This document shows, one piece after another, positions 21,658-34,000 of a stretch of DNA of 64,000 nucleotides. The stretch is from Bugula neritina (taxonomy: Eukaryota; Animalia; Bryozoa), in the NCBI GenBank assembly GCA_964035545.1, contig OZ037771.1, positions 7,991,408 to 8,055,407 of the forward strand. The letters run 5' to 3'. The notes under the pieces are model-generated. The model did not search any database and was not told the origin of the DNA. It saw only the letters and a program-made list of their open reading frames with translations. How positions within the stretch are numbered: the first letter of the stretch is position 1; each line of letters starts with the position of its first letter. The position numbers and the translations under genes were made by a program.

Positions 21658-24600
21658 TGTCACAAATCTGTTGGTAGCAGTGTGACGAGTTCGAAAAGTC
21701 TGGTAGTCAGAAGTGTATAGACAAGTAGCATACAGCTTGCTAATCCAGTTGTGAGTAAATAGAGTTGTGAATAAGTAGACTTTATTTCTCTAGTAAGATA
21801 TGCACAGATGAATGTATAAAAATGAACTGATTCGTAAACACAACTGCCTCGGTATTTATAGTAAACAAAACACTCTAGAACATTCTCAAGCATTCCAGTA
21901 TAGAAGATTCTAGTAGAAAACATTCCCCACATGCCAATACTATTTATAGAAAATCAAAACAAAACAAAACATTGGAATTTCCATGGTTATTTCGCAATTA
22001 TTGCGCAACACCTTGTTTACATTGCTGGGCAGTAGTTAACATGACTAATGAAAACAATAACAATGAACAATGACCCATCTCTTTGATCAGTCTAGAATAT
22101 TTATGAACATTCGTGTATAATCATTAGGAAAAACCCGGTAAGTCTATAGGTATATGTCCACTCAGAATTTGTGACAACCCCCCATTCTAAGAGAAATTAT
22201 TTTGATAATTTCTCCTTACTACTTAAAATTCTGAGTCAATTCGGCTTAGATAATCGGCTCCAACATTGTCCTTTCCTTTGATTGACTCCACCTTGATTCT
22301 GAAGTTCTGTAAATACATAGCCCATCTCATCACTCTGCTGTTCTCAAATTTGGCCTGATTGATGTACACCAGCGGTTGGTGATCAGTCTGCAGCACGAAC
22401 TCCACACCATATAAATACTGTAGATATTTCTTGACCGCCCATACCACAGCTAAGCATTCCTTCTCTATGGCTGAGTAGTTTCTCTCTCGGTCTAGTAATT
22501 TCCTACTTGCGTAACTCACAGGGAACAGCTTTCCATCCTGAGGCTGCATCAGCACTGCCCCTAGCCCAACATCTGATGCATCCGTCCTTAGCACAAACGG
22601 TTTGTGTACATCTGGCAATTTTAAAATTGGTGCACTTGTCAGCATTGTTTTTAAGGTGGTGTACGCCTTCTCTTGTGGTTCCTGCCATTTGACTTTCTTT
22701 GGTTCTCCCTTCTTTGTTAAATCTGTTAGTGGACTCGCTATAGTTGAATAATGAGGTATATATTCTCTGTAGTAACTAGTAAGTCCAATGAACGATCTCA
22801 CTTGCGTCTTATTGGTTGGCCTTGGCGCAGCCCTAATTTTCTCAATGTTGTCATCCATTGGTTTGATTTCACCCCTGTAAAGTTTATGTCCGATGAACTC
22901 CATGTTTGTTCCTCCTACTCTACATTTACTTGGTCTAACGGTAAGTCCAGCTGTGGCAAGTCGGCTGAAAACTTCTGTTAGCATTTTAACGTGTTCTTCC
23001 CAACTTTCCGTGTGCACTAGAATGTCATCAATGTAGTTGTCCACTCCTTTCAGATTTACAAAAAGTTTTCTCAACCCTCTCACCAGTGTCGCTCCAGAGT
23101 TAACCATCCCAAATGGCATCTTGATGAATTCATAATGTCCATCGGGTGTCACAAATGCAGTTTTAGGAATATCTTCTTTCTTCACTGGTATTTGCCAGTA
23201 TCCCTTGGATAAATCAAGTTTGGTAAAGTATTTATCTTTACTGAGCTTTCTGAAAACGTCATCTGTTTTCACCATTGGTTCAGGATCGAATACTGAGACT
23301 CGGTTTAGTTTGCGATAGTCTATACAAATCCTGTTGCTTCCATCCGGCTTCTTTACTATCACCGTTGGTGAGGCGTAGGGAGAGGTAGATGGCCGAATAA
23401 CACCCATCTTCAACATGTCCTCGATGTCCGCCTTGAGAGTTTCTCTTACCCTGTAGGGCAATCCATATGGTTTGGATTTCACTGGCTCATCAGTCGTGAG
23501 CTCGATAGAATGTTCTATTCCCGTTGCATTTCCTGGCAAGTCACTGAAGATACCTTCAAACTTTCTTAGTAACTCCTCCAACTGTCTTCTTTGCTGATTC
23601 TCCAGCTCTTCACCCAGAATGACATCTTTGCTTGTTTCTGTCTGCTGTTTCTTACTGTACAGGTCCAACAAATCATCTTGGCCTTCTTCTCTTTCCTCAT
23701 CATGATCAATAATTCCAGTACCAGCAGCATCTAAAGTCATCACACCTCCAACAGTCATAGGGTCGGTAGGCGTCTCCCGCTCAAAATATTTCTTCAGCAT
23801 GTTGGCATGGTATGTTCTCCTCTTGCCTCTAATGTTAATAATGTAGTCATTTAGTCTGACTTTCTCCTCAATATTGAATGGTCCTTGCCAATGCATCAGC
23901 AATTTATTTCCATCCGTAGGTAGAAGAATGAGCACTTTGTCACCAGATTTGAAGTCTCTCTGCTTAGCTTTCTTGTCAAAATAGTGTTTGTATCTTTTTT
24001 GACTGTCTTTTAGCGAAGCTAGTGCCATTTCCATCATGTCATCTAAACGCTCTCTCAATTCAAAAACATGTTGATAGCAGGTCTTGACTTCATCGGCAGT
24101 GTCTTCTTTTGTCCAAAGTTGTCGCAGGATGTACATTGGTCCACGCACAGTTCTTCCATAGAGTAACTCGAATGGGGCGAAGCCTGTTGATTCCTGTGGG
24201 ACTTCTCTATATGCAAATAGAGCCGCATTGATAAACCGATGCCACTGTCTTGGCTCTTTAGCACACAACTTTTTTAACATACTCTTGAGGGTTCCGTTGA
24301 ACTTTTCCACAAGTCCATTGGCCATTGCATGGTATGGTGAGGTAGGAAGTTGCCGCATGTCAAGTAATCTGGTAAACTCTTTCATGTAGTCTGAGATGAA
24401 TTGAGTTCCTTGATCGCTTATCACCTCCTCTGGTATCCCAACACGACTGTATATGTCAAGCAGCGCTTCAGCTACAGTAGCTGAGTCAATGTTCTTCAAT
24501 GGTGTAGCTTCAGGGTATCTTGTAGCATAGTCAACTAAAGTTAGGATGTAGCGGTGTCCTTTCTCACTTGGAGGGTTAATTGGTCCGACTAGGTCTATCG

Positions 24601-27307
24601 CACATCTCTTGAATGGGGTGTCAATTAGTGGTGTTTCCTGTACTGGAACTTTCATGACTGAGCCTTTTTTCACCGTCTTCTGGCAAATGTCACATGATTG
24701 ACAGAAACGTACGACATCTCCATTTAGTCCTGGCCAGAACAAGTTGGAAAGCACTCTATCAGTGGTTTTCTTTACTCCTAGGTGTCCGCTCATTATGCAG
24801 TCATGAGCTTTCTGTAGAACTTCCTTCCTCAGTGAACTGGGTACCATGAGTTGTTTAACAGGTTTTACACTGACAGACTTCGAGTCGGTGTACTCACGGT
24901 ACAGAATCTTATTCCTCACCACAAACCTAGTGATGCCTCCCTTTTTCTCCTTCACTTCTTTTGCATCGAAGAAACGCTCCAATGTGGGGTCATCCCTCTG
25001 CAGTCTGGCTATCTCATCTTTTCCTATACTTAATGGGTTAGCATTTGAATCAATCATCAGTGGTTTGTCTCCTGACTTCTCCTTGACAGCTTGAGCTCTT
25101 GTGGTTACGGCGCAGTCCTTCCAGTTTTCCAGCGGTTGGTCAGCTGATCTCGCTCCATCCACATTCCCAATAAGCAGGTCACAAATCGTCTTGTCCATTA
25201 CTGCAGCTTTGACGACACCATTGTAAAATGGTGAGCGCACTGAGATAAGTGCCCACTGAGCCTCTCTAACACTTGCATCAGCCATATTCAGATAAACTGA
25301 TTCTCCAGTTAAATGTTGAGGTTGCACATACTTTGCATTGACTACAATGCAACCACAGCCGGTGTCGCGCATTACAGTAGCTCGTTGGCCATTAACTTCC
25401 GCATCAAATATCGCTGTGCCCCCATCTTTGAATTTAGGTCCATTCTTGCAGACAGCAGCGTTGACAAACTTTTTACCATTAACTGTGATTTCCGTAGGTT
25501 CTTCCACCTTAGATGAGATTCTTGGATCTGTGACCACAGTCTTATCCTGAGTAGTCGCTATTGCAGCAGCAGCATGCACTGACCTTCCACCATACTTTCT
25601 GCAGTCTGAAGTATTGTGGTTGTTCATCTTGCAATGTGAACAGTACTTCTTCCCTCGCCGTGGGCAGTTGCGAGCAATGTGTGACTTATCTTTGCAGATG
25701 AAGCATGCACCATCGCTTTTACTTCCTTGTTCAGCATTCATGCTACTGGCAGGTGTGTTTTCCATCCTTTTTGTATTAGTTTTCTTTGTCTTTGCTAGTT
25801 TCCTTCCACGAGCGTGCAAGAACAGTGACGCTGCATCACACATATCCTCACTGCTGTTGTAGGAACTTTGCTTTAAATGCACAGCTAAGTCGTCTGGGCA
25901 TGATGATATAAATTGTTCAGTTGCCACTAGTTTGGCTATGTCCATGCCCCCTGAAAGCTCCACCCACTTGTGCACATAACTTTCTATCCTAGTGAACAGT
26001 TGGGCAGGAGTTTCATCCTTGTAAGCTTCTGCCTCTCTGAGCTTTTTTCTGTAGCCCTCTTGAGTCAAGTTAAAGCGCTCCAATAAGGCTTCTTTGACTT
26101 TTTTATAATCTCTACGATCGGTAGGTGACAACCGGATGTAAGCTTCTGTTGCTGTACCCCTTAGGTACTGACTGAGATGGTAGGGCCAATCTCCCTTGTC
26201 CCAGTTACATCCTTCGGCAACCCACTCGAACCGCTCTAAATAGCTATCCATTTCATCCACCTTCTCATCAAAGAATGGTATTTTTGGTTTTGGTTTGTTA
26301 GCTATTTCTAACCTGGTGCTCTCATGTCTTGAGTGCTCCAAACTTGTGTTAGCTTTCAGCTTTTCCATATCTAATTCATGTTGTTGTCTTCTCTCTTCTG
26401 CCTCCTGGTCAGCTTTTATCTTGAGTGCCATTGCCTCCTGATCAGCTTTTATCTTCATCTCCATTATGGCTTTCTCATTTTCTTGCTTGATCCTTTCCGC
26501 CTCACGCTCTAATCTACGCTCCTCTCGGTCCTTTTCTTTTTCCTCTCGGTCCTTTTCTTTTTCCTCTCGTGCCTTTTCTTTTTCCTCTTGTGCAGCAACA
26601 ATGGGTAGGTTCTTTTCAACAAAAGCTACGAGCTTGTCCTCCACCAATCCAAGATCTTTACCCATCTGTGTCACTCTCTCCAACAACGCCATAATGTCTC
26701 AACAACTGTTAATTAATCCTGTGTATACTCACGTTGTAACTAATAACTTCCCTGTGTGCGACTGAGACTTCCCGGAGCAGCCCCCAATTGTCACAAATCT
26801 GTTGGTAGCAGTGTGACGAGTTCGAAAAGTCTGGTAGTCAGAAGTGTATAGACAAGTAGCATACAGCTTGCTAATCCAGTTGTGAGTAAATAGAGTTGTG
26901 AATAAGTAGACTTTATTTCTCTAGTAAGATATGCACAGATGAATGTATAAAAATGAACTGATTCGTAAACACAACTGCCTCGGTATTTATAGTAAACAAA
27001 ACACTCTAGAACATTCTCAAGCATTCCAGTATAGAAGATTCTAGTAGAAAACATTCCCCACATGCCAATACTATTTATAGAAAATCAAAACAAAACAAAA
27101 CATTGGAATTTCCATGGTTATTTCGCAATTATTGCGCAACACCTTGTTTACATTGCTGGGCAGTAGTTAACATGACTAATGAAAACAATAACAATGAACA
27201 ATGACCCATCTCTTTGATCAGTCTAGAATATTTATGAACATTCGTGTATAATCATTAGGAAAAACCCGGTAAGTCTATAGGTATATGTCCACTCAGAATT
27301 TGTGACA
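21658..27307 (-). mobile_element. Intact Gmr1-like Ty3/Gypsy LTR retrotransposon (5650 bp)
   Basis: 519-bp LTRs 21658-22176 and 26789-27307 (TGTCACAAAT...ATTTGTGACA), no differences seen; 5-bp TSD CTTGC (21653-21657, 27308-27312); PBS TGGGGGCTGCTCCGGGA (tRNA-Pro-like) next to the 5' LTR; PPT AGAATGGGGGGT next to the 3' LTR; single 1489-aa ORF. Confidence 0.97.
22223..26692 (-). CDS. Gag-Pol polyprotein: Gag (SCAN-like capsid, 2 CCHC knuckles), protease, integrase, RT, RNase H
   Basis: CFICKDKSHIARNC and CSHCKMNNHNTSDC; protease RDTGC; integrase HHCC (AHDCIMSGH...CQSCDIC) and D,D,E (IDLVGP, SDQGTQF, NGLVEKFN); RT YIDD; RNase H TDASDVGLG...ADYLSR. No stops. Confidence 0.97.
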   Translation of the reverse strand: MALLERVTQMGKDLGLVEDKLVAFVEKNLPIVAAQEEKEKAREEKEKDREEKEKDREERRLEREAERIKQENEKAIMEMKIKADQEAMALKIKADQEAEERRQQHELDMEKLKANTSLEHSRHESTRLEIANKPKPKIPFFDEKVDEMDSYLERFEWVAEGCNWDKGDWPYHLSQYLRGTATEAYIRLSPTDRRDYKKVKEALLERFNLTQEGYRKKLREAEAYKDETPAQLFTRIESYVHKWVELSGGMDIAKLVATEQFISSCPDDLAVHLKQSSYNSSEDMCDAASLFLHARGRKLAKTKKTNTKRMENTPASSMNAEQGSKSDGACFICKDKSHIARNCPRRGKKYCSHCKMNNHNTSDCRKYGGRSVHAAAAIATTQDKTVVTDPRISSKVEEPTEITVNGKKFVNAAVCKNGPKFKDGGTAIFDAEVNGQRATVMRDTGCGCIVVNAKYVQPQHLTGESVYLNMADASVREAQWALISVRSPFYNGVVKAAVMDKTICDLLIGNVDGARSADQPLENWKDCAVTTRAQAVKEKSGDKPLMIDSNANPLSIGKDEIARLQRDDPTLERFFDAKEVKEKKGGITRFVVRNKILYREYTDSKSVSVKPVKQLMVPSSLRKEVLQKAHDCIMSGHLGVKKTTDRVLSNLFWPGLNGDVVRFCQSCDICQKTVKKGSVMKVPVQETPLIDTPFKRCAIDLVGPINPPSEKGHRYILTLVDYATRYPEATPLKNIDSATVAEALLDIYSRVGIPEEVISDQGTQFISDYMKEFTRLLDMRQLPTSPYHAMANGLVEKFNGTLKSMLKKLCAKEPRQWHRFINAALFAYREVPQESTGFAPFELLYGRTVRGPMYILRQLWTKEDTADEVKTCYQHVFELRERLDDMMEMALASLKDSQKRYKHYFDKKAKQRDFKSGDKVLILLPTDGNKLLMHWQGPFNIEEKVRLNDYIINIRGKRRTYHANMLKKYFERETPTDPMTVGGVMTLDAAGTGIIDHDEEREEGQDDLLDLYSKKQQTETSKDVILGEELENQQRRQLEELLRKFEGIFSDLPGNATGIEHSIELTTDEPVKSKPYGLPYRVRETLKADIEDMLKMGVIRPSTSPYASPTVIVKKPDGSNRICIDYRKLNRVSVFDPEPMVKTDDVFRKLSKDKYFTKLDLSKGYWQIPVKKEDIPKTAFVTPDGHYEFIKMPFGMVNSGATLVRGLRKLFVNLKGVDNYIDDILVHTESWEEHVKMLTEVFSRLATAGLTVRPSKCRVGGTNMEFIGHKLYRGEIKPMDDNIEKIRAAPRPTNKTQVRSFIGLTSYYREYIPHYSTIASPLTDLTKKGEPKKVKWQEPQEKAYTTLKTMLTSAPILKLPDVHKPFVLRTDASDVGLGAVLMQPQDGKLFPVSYASRKLLDRERNYSAIEKECLAVVWAVKKYLQYLYGVEFVLQTDHQPLVYINQAKFENSRVMRWAMYLQNFRIKVESIKGKDNVGADYLSRIDSEF

Positions 27308-28023
27308 CTTGCAAACGGCTAGTTGTAGGATTTTTGCTTTTTGCAACTAAAGGAATAGTTCTTAGTACTTGAAGTTGATGGTGCTTTATTTGATCTGAGT
27401 ATTCCACTTCTTCTTCTACGAGTAGAAATGCCATCTACTATTTCAGATTTTTCTTTAGTGGTATTTTATACATTACTCTATATAGAGTTGTCTACACTTG
27501 CACAACTCTGATCTTGGTACATGACAACAGGTAGGACTTCCTCTTCTTCTTCACTATCTGTGAAAGAGAATTCTGGTCAGGCTGCCATATCTTCTTTAGA
27601 ACTCTGGCTATCAGCCCTAAATGCAGCTAAGAGCTCTCTGCGTGCGAGAGTTGGTGCGATATCAGTCATGTGCTTGTAGTTGAGCTTTGTAAGTGTAGAT
27701 CTCGAAGACTAGTAATCTGTAATGTTTGTTGTGACCAACTTCTTTAACTTGTCAGTTCTGTCATTATATGATGAAACTGTGACATCACTGTAAGCGCTCA
27801 GCAGACTCGCTCGCTCAAATGTGATCCCTGAAAGCTTATCAGTGGCAGCAAAACTGACAGCATCAGCTTCAGTGAGCATGCCAGTTATATCCACTACTTT
27901 AACATTCACAGAGTCTCCGAATGTTTGATTGATTGTTCGAGCTTGCTCAACTATTGTCTATGAGAAGTCACGGAGTCGGTATGCAACGCCATCTCTGCCT
28001 GGTATTTCTTGTTTATTGTTTTG

Positions 28024-31000
28024 TGTTACTGTTTCAGCTATCAATAAAGAGAGTGAGCATGCTCAAGTTAGTTGATCAACGGAAAAGGCCAAAGCAGTGT
28101 TTTATTGCCACAATATGCAATACCATATAATATTAAAATTATTACAAATAAGTGAAACAATTGATTATTATAATTATGCACAGAAATAGTAAATCAATAA
28201 AATAACATTAGAAATAAATGCTTACATCGATATAGAACGTTTCCCGCAGAATAGAAAAGTGCTAGGTAGGTATGAATGTGTTAAGAGGGCACATAGTCTG
28301 CCATCCAACTAGGGGGTTTCTGTTCTCTGGTTGAAAGCCGTAAGTTGTCGCTATGATTGGAACTGTTGGTGGTTTCAATATGGGTGTCGCCAGCATTTTG
28401 TTCTAGACCCTTTGCTTCCTCAGAACTCGCTGCCTCCATGACAAGCGGGTTGATATTCCCTGAGTTTCTTTGTAGGAGGTTGTTATTGAGCTGTACGGTA
28501 TAGGCTCTGCTAGTCAATTGTTTTTTGATTTATGCCTCCCGCCATTTTCTCCGGTGCTGGCTCCAGTCCCGAACAAAACTGGTTGCCCTATTTGCAGCAA
28601 TGCCAAATCTCTTGCATTGTCATTAAATCTCTGCTGCAGTCTTTCGATTGGGCTCTGCTTTTTCCACCGACCTTGATTGTTATCTGTTTCGACTTGTAGT
28701 ACAACTGATCTGGAGGGCCTTCCAATAAGTTGTTGAATTGAACTGGGCATCAGGTCTTTTTTGATGGTATTGAGATGTTTCAGGAAAACAAAGTTTGGGC
28801 TCCTTACATTTGCGGAGTATGCGTTTAATTATTTTTACAGCAGACTCTGCCTTCCCATTAGATTGAGAATGATAATGAGAGCTTGTGATGTGCCTAAAAT
28901 TCCATGATTGGCTAAAAGCAGAAAACTGGTTGACGTGAACTGTGGTTCATTGTCGGTGTGAACCTGTCTGGGTATTCCCAGGCGTCAAAAACGGCGTTTT
29001 ATAGAGTTAATTACAGTCTCTGTTGTTTGGTAGTTCAGTTGGTTGTATTCAAGGTACTCAGTCGTGTAGTCAACAATAGTAAGGTAACGAGTATGGTTGT
29101 ATTCAAATAAGTCAATTCCTACTTTTTTCAGGGTTGTTGGGGAACTTTGTGGAGTAAAAGTGTTTCCTTCTGTTGTTGGGGAGCATTCATTTGACATTTA
29201 CGACAGCTAGCAATCTTGTTTTTGATGTTAAGCCAAAAAACCGTCTGATGGCACGTCTTAGCGTGGAGTTAATCCCATTATGGCCAGTGTGAAGTAATTG
29301 GAGAAACTTTCTCTAGAGCGCCTTTGGAATAATGGCTTTTAGCCTTTTGTAAGCAATGCCACTGTCAATAAATAGTTCATCATGAAAGTGTTTGCACCTG
29401 TCATAATTTGTGCAGTTGGAAATGTTCCAGTCCTGTTTAATAAAGTTTGTCAGTGTCATAAGTTTATTGTCTTGTGTAGTAGCAGTCCTAATGTTATTAA
29501 TCAAGTCATCACAAACAGGAGCATCATTATTTAGAGAATCAATGTGGAAGATGTGTTTCGGCAGTTGTTGATAGTTGCATGGGAGAGTCAAAGTATGAGT
29601 CTCTTGAGAAAAAGTTGGCTGTGATTTGTTCAGCACCCTTTTGCCAAGTTACCTTAATGCTAGGGTATCTTTGTAAGTAAAGAAGCATAGCCTGTAACCT
29701 CCAAGATGCCTTATGAATGGGTTTACTGAAAATAGATACAAGGGGTTTGTGGTCAGTTTGTATAGTGACAGCATGGTGACCAAAGATATACTGGCCAAAG
29801 TGTTCAGCGCCAAACACTATGGCAAGGCACTCGATCTCTAGTGGTACATAGTTCTGTTTTGATTTTGTTAAACTGCAAGATGTATATGCTACAGGTTTGC
29901 CTCCTTGCATGAGTGTTGAACCCACACCAGCATTTGAAATGTCGGTATGTATAGTAACTGGCTTGTTTCAATCAAAGTATTGTAAAGTTTCCGAGTCTGT
30001 TAGTAAAGTCTTTAGTTTATTAAAGGCGTTTATTTGGTCGTCAGTCCATTTGAAATCTCGAGCATTGTCTTGTGTCAGTAGGCGTCGATTTTTTCGACGT
30101 CAGATTCCGATGCAAGATTGTTAATAAATTTTGACATGTATGTGATGTTACCAAGAAACCGCTTTACTTCTTGCAGAAATGAGGGAGGTTTCATTTTAAG
30201 AATGGCATTCATTTTGTTAGGATCTGATTTAAGTCCACTAGTTGTCAGTATGTGTCCAATGTAAGGTAGTCATCATGAAGGAAGCGGGATTTTTCTTCGT
30301 TCATTGTCAGGCCTGTCTGTTGAGCATGCTTGAAGAGCGCTTCAAGGTTGCTATCAAGCTCTTTCCTTGTCCTTTCAAAAATTAGGATGTCACTTGCAAC
30401 AATGGTGACGCCATCAAAACAAGCAAGATTTTCTGTGAGCCTTCTCTAAAATTCCTTCGGCGCGGATGCAATTCTGAAGGGTAGCCGTAAGTACTTGTAT
30501 TTCCCTATGGGAGTCCAGAAATTTGTCAAGTTCGTAAATTCTTCAGTTAGATGAATTTGATAGAAACCTTCTTTGGCATCACACAAAGACAAAAATTTAG
30601 CGCCATTTAGTTGTGGCAAAACATAATCTAATGTTGGCACGACAGCATGGTTTCGTTTAATTGCTTGATTAAGATTTTGTGGATCTATGCAAATGTGTAT
30701 TTTCCCAATAGGCTTGTGTACTGGCTGCAGATGGGCTATCCAGTTCGTAAGTGCCTCTAATTTGGTGATAATCCGGGGTTGTTCCAGTTCAAGAAGAGCA
30801 TTGACAAGATCTGATTTCATTGACAAGGGCACCTTCCGCGATCGCACTTGCACTGGTACAGTTCAGCTCGTAGCTCTATCCTATATTCCTGCTCAAATTT
30901 TCCTATTCCGGTAAATATGTTATCAAAGTCAAAATGTCTAGGCCAGTAGTGGCAAAGTTTACATTTTCACTTTTGGTGCTGGGCAGTTGTAATAGATCCA

Positions 31001-34000
31001 GATGCAAACATGACTTGCATGACAACAAGCTGTGTTGGGTGGTTTTCACAACTAGGAATTTTAAGGTAGTGTAATGTTCTTGCTTGTTTGTATCCGTATG
31101 CGTGTCCACCCTAGAGGTGCACACTTGCTTTGGTTATACTAAGTCAGCAGAGTATCGGTCAGTGTAAGTTTGCCATAGTCAACAGTGTTGTGTTTCAAAC
31201 AGGTGTATTGATCATAAAATAATTTACAATGAAAACAGTAGAAGTGTTACTACCTTATATATTAACTTGCACAGAAAAGCTGATATAGCTGTATATAAAT
31301 AAACAAAATAAGCGCTGAAGCTAACATGAAAAAGCCATTACATCTTTTAGATTTATGCAATGTCATGCTATAACACCTCCCGACTAGCTTAAAGTACTAT
31401 GTCTCTTTTAGCGTCTAGTTTGCCATCGGGTTCTGGTTGAACGTCTTGGATGGTCCCGGGTATATTCATCACCATCTGGTTGTCTAGGATTGCGTCTAGG
31501 TTGTGAGGGTACAGGATCTGGCTCTGGTGTTTCCTCTTGTTGTGCAGTATTTTCAGTGGTAACCATCAAATCATCAGGTGGCTCTGTATCTTCTGTACTA
31601 GAATGTCGTGGACAGAGTTGGTCAATGTGTCGTTTCCAAACTGGTCCTTTAGGTATGACTTTTACATTCACAGAGCGGCTCCCCAAAACTTTGATCACAA
31701 CTGCCTTAATCCACTTGGGTTGTCTGTCTCTTCTAGGCCCATAGTATAGAGCATAGCAAGGCGTTCCAACTGTGTAGCAGTGTAGTTTGTTGGTAGTCTT
31801 GTTCTGTTGCATCTGACGTCTTTGAGATAGGTGTGCTGGAGAGGGAAGTAGAACATCTATTTTGGTTCTGATCTGTCGCCCATTCAGTAGCTCACTTGGA
31901 GAAAATCCATAAGGCAATGGTGTTCTTCTGTATTGCATTAGGAACTCTTGGAGGGCCTCCCTGGGTGGAAGTGTAGACTTTCTCAGCGACTGCTTGAAGG
32001 ATTCTACTAGTCGTTCTGCTGCTCCATTGGTAGCGGGATGATAAGGTGCTTCTCTTAGGTTGACAATTCCTCGATTTTTACACCACTGTTGGAATTCTTC
32101 TGACGTGAAACTGGGTCCATTATCTGTCACTATGGTATGAGGGTAACCAAAGTGAGCAAAGTCTGTCTCCAATAAGTTAGTTGTCATCTTGGTTGATATA
32201 GAGCTCGTAGGATGAATGCAAGGATACTTGGTGAATGCATCCACAAGCACTAGCCAATTTGTTCCCATAAAGTTGATTGCATGGTCTGCGTGTAGTCTGC
32301 TCCATGGCTTTTCAGGCATCATCCAAGGGTGAACTGGTGACTACTTTTCCTGGTTTTGGTGCTCTCCGCAGGTTGAGCATTGCTGTGACAATTCTTTAAT
32401 GTCGTTGTCTAATCTTGGCCAATAGACTGCTGTGCGGGCAAGTTGCTTCATACGTTGTCTGCCAAAGTGTCCCATATGTAGTATTTCTAACACTTGTTTC
32501 TGCAGAGATAAAGGTATGAATATCCTTGCTCTATAGAGTAGGCATCCGCTTTCAACTGTCAGTGAGGTTGCGATCTTCTTGAAGTCTTTAATGGTGTAGC
32601 CATCAGCGATTGTTTCTGACGATTCTTTGCTTTCTTCACCATCCATCCATCCTTCCATAGTGTATCGCATCACGGTGCTGAGTACTGGATCTTTGGCCGT
32701 CTCTTTCTTTAGAACTCCAGGATCTGTGGGTTTCAGCTGCTTTTCAATAGTCTTTACTGTGCAAACTGTGTCGATATCCACACCTTCTTCCTCCTTATCA
32801 AAGCCATCGTCTGATCCCATTGGTAGGCGACTCAGTACGTCTGCATTGCCGTGGTCTGAGGTCTTTCTGTGTTCAATGGTGTACTTGTATTGGCTGAGAG
32901 TGAGTGCCCATCTAGCAAGTCTGTTGGCTGCCATAGCTGGTGTTGCTTTGTTAGGTCCAAAGATTGCCAGTAGTGGTCGGTGATCTGTAACCAATACAAA
33001 GCTCCTTTCATACAGAAACTGATGAAACTTGGTGATTCCAAATATGATTGAGAGTGCTTCCTTCTGTACTTGACTGTATCTTTGCTGAGTTTTTGTCAGA
33101 GTTTTGCTGGCATGGACAATTGGTCGCTCTGTCCCGTCTTGGTAACGATGAAACAACACAACTCCAATTCCAACTTCTGATGCATCACAGGATATGCCAA
33201 TTTGTAGAGAGGGGGTCATAGTGTGCTAATACCAGATCACTGCTTAACATCTTCTTCAGTTGTAAAAATGATGTTTGCTGCGTAGTACCCCACTGCCATT
33301 GCTCTCTTTTCTGCAATAACTTTTGAAGTGGTGATGTGACCGTGGAAAGATCCGGCAAGAACTTGTGGTAGAACTGTACAGATCCTAGGAAGGATTTCAA
33401 GCTTCTAACATCAGTCGGGGCTGGCATCTTCTTCAAAGCTTCTACACCAAATCCTTTTTCTATACCTTTGTCAGAAAACTTGTGTCCCAGGTATTCTACT
33501 GACTGTTCTGCGAATACACATTTCTCCAGTTTGCATCTTAATCCTCGGTCTTGCAGCCGGTTGCAATAATCTTCGTAGATTTGTGATGTGATCTGTGGCT
33601 GTGGCTCCACTGACTAGAATGTCATCCAAATAGACTGCTACTCCGGGTAGATCACATGTGAGCTGCTCCATAATCTCCTGGAAATAACCGGGTACTGAGC
33701 TGATACCAAAAGGTAAGCGTTTCTGTAGGCTGCATCAAGGAATCCACAGAAACTCCCAATTGTTGAATTCCATCTCTGCCGAGTAGGTTTAAGTTGGGTA
33801 TTCTGCTGATGATGAATTGAAGTTTCTTCTCCTGCTGGTCTCCGAATTTGGTGAAGAGTTCACAGGTTCCCATGATGTCAATTGGATGATGAGTCGCTGA
33901 TTCATAATGTATTTGTTGTGATTGAAGATTAGGTGATCCTAGTCTTTTCCAGTTCTCTAGAGACAAGAAGTTGTCTCCTGCTCCAGTGTCGACTTCTAAT

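Noticed and set aside
21660-21932. Duplicated 90-aa ORF (also 26791-27063)
   Set aside because: Lies within the two LTR copies; no recognisable domain.
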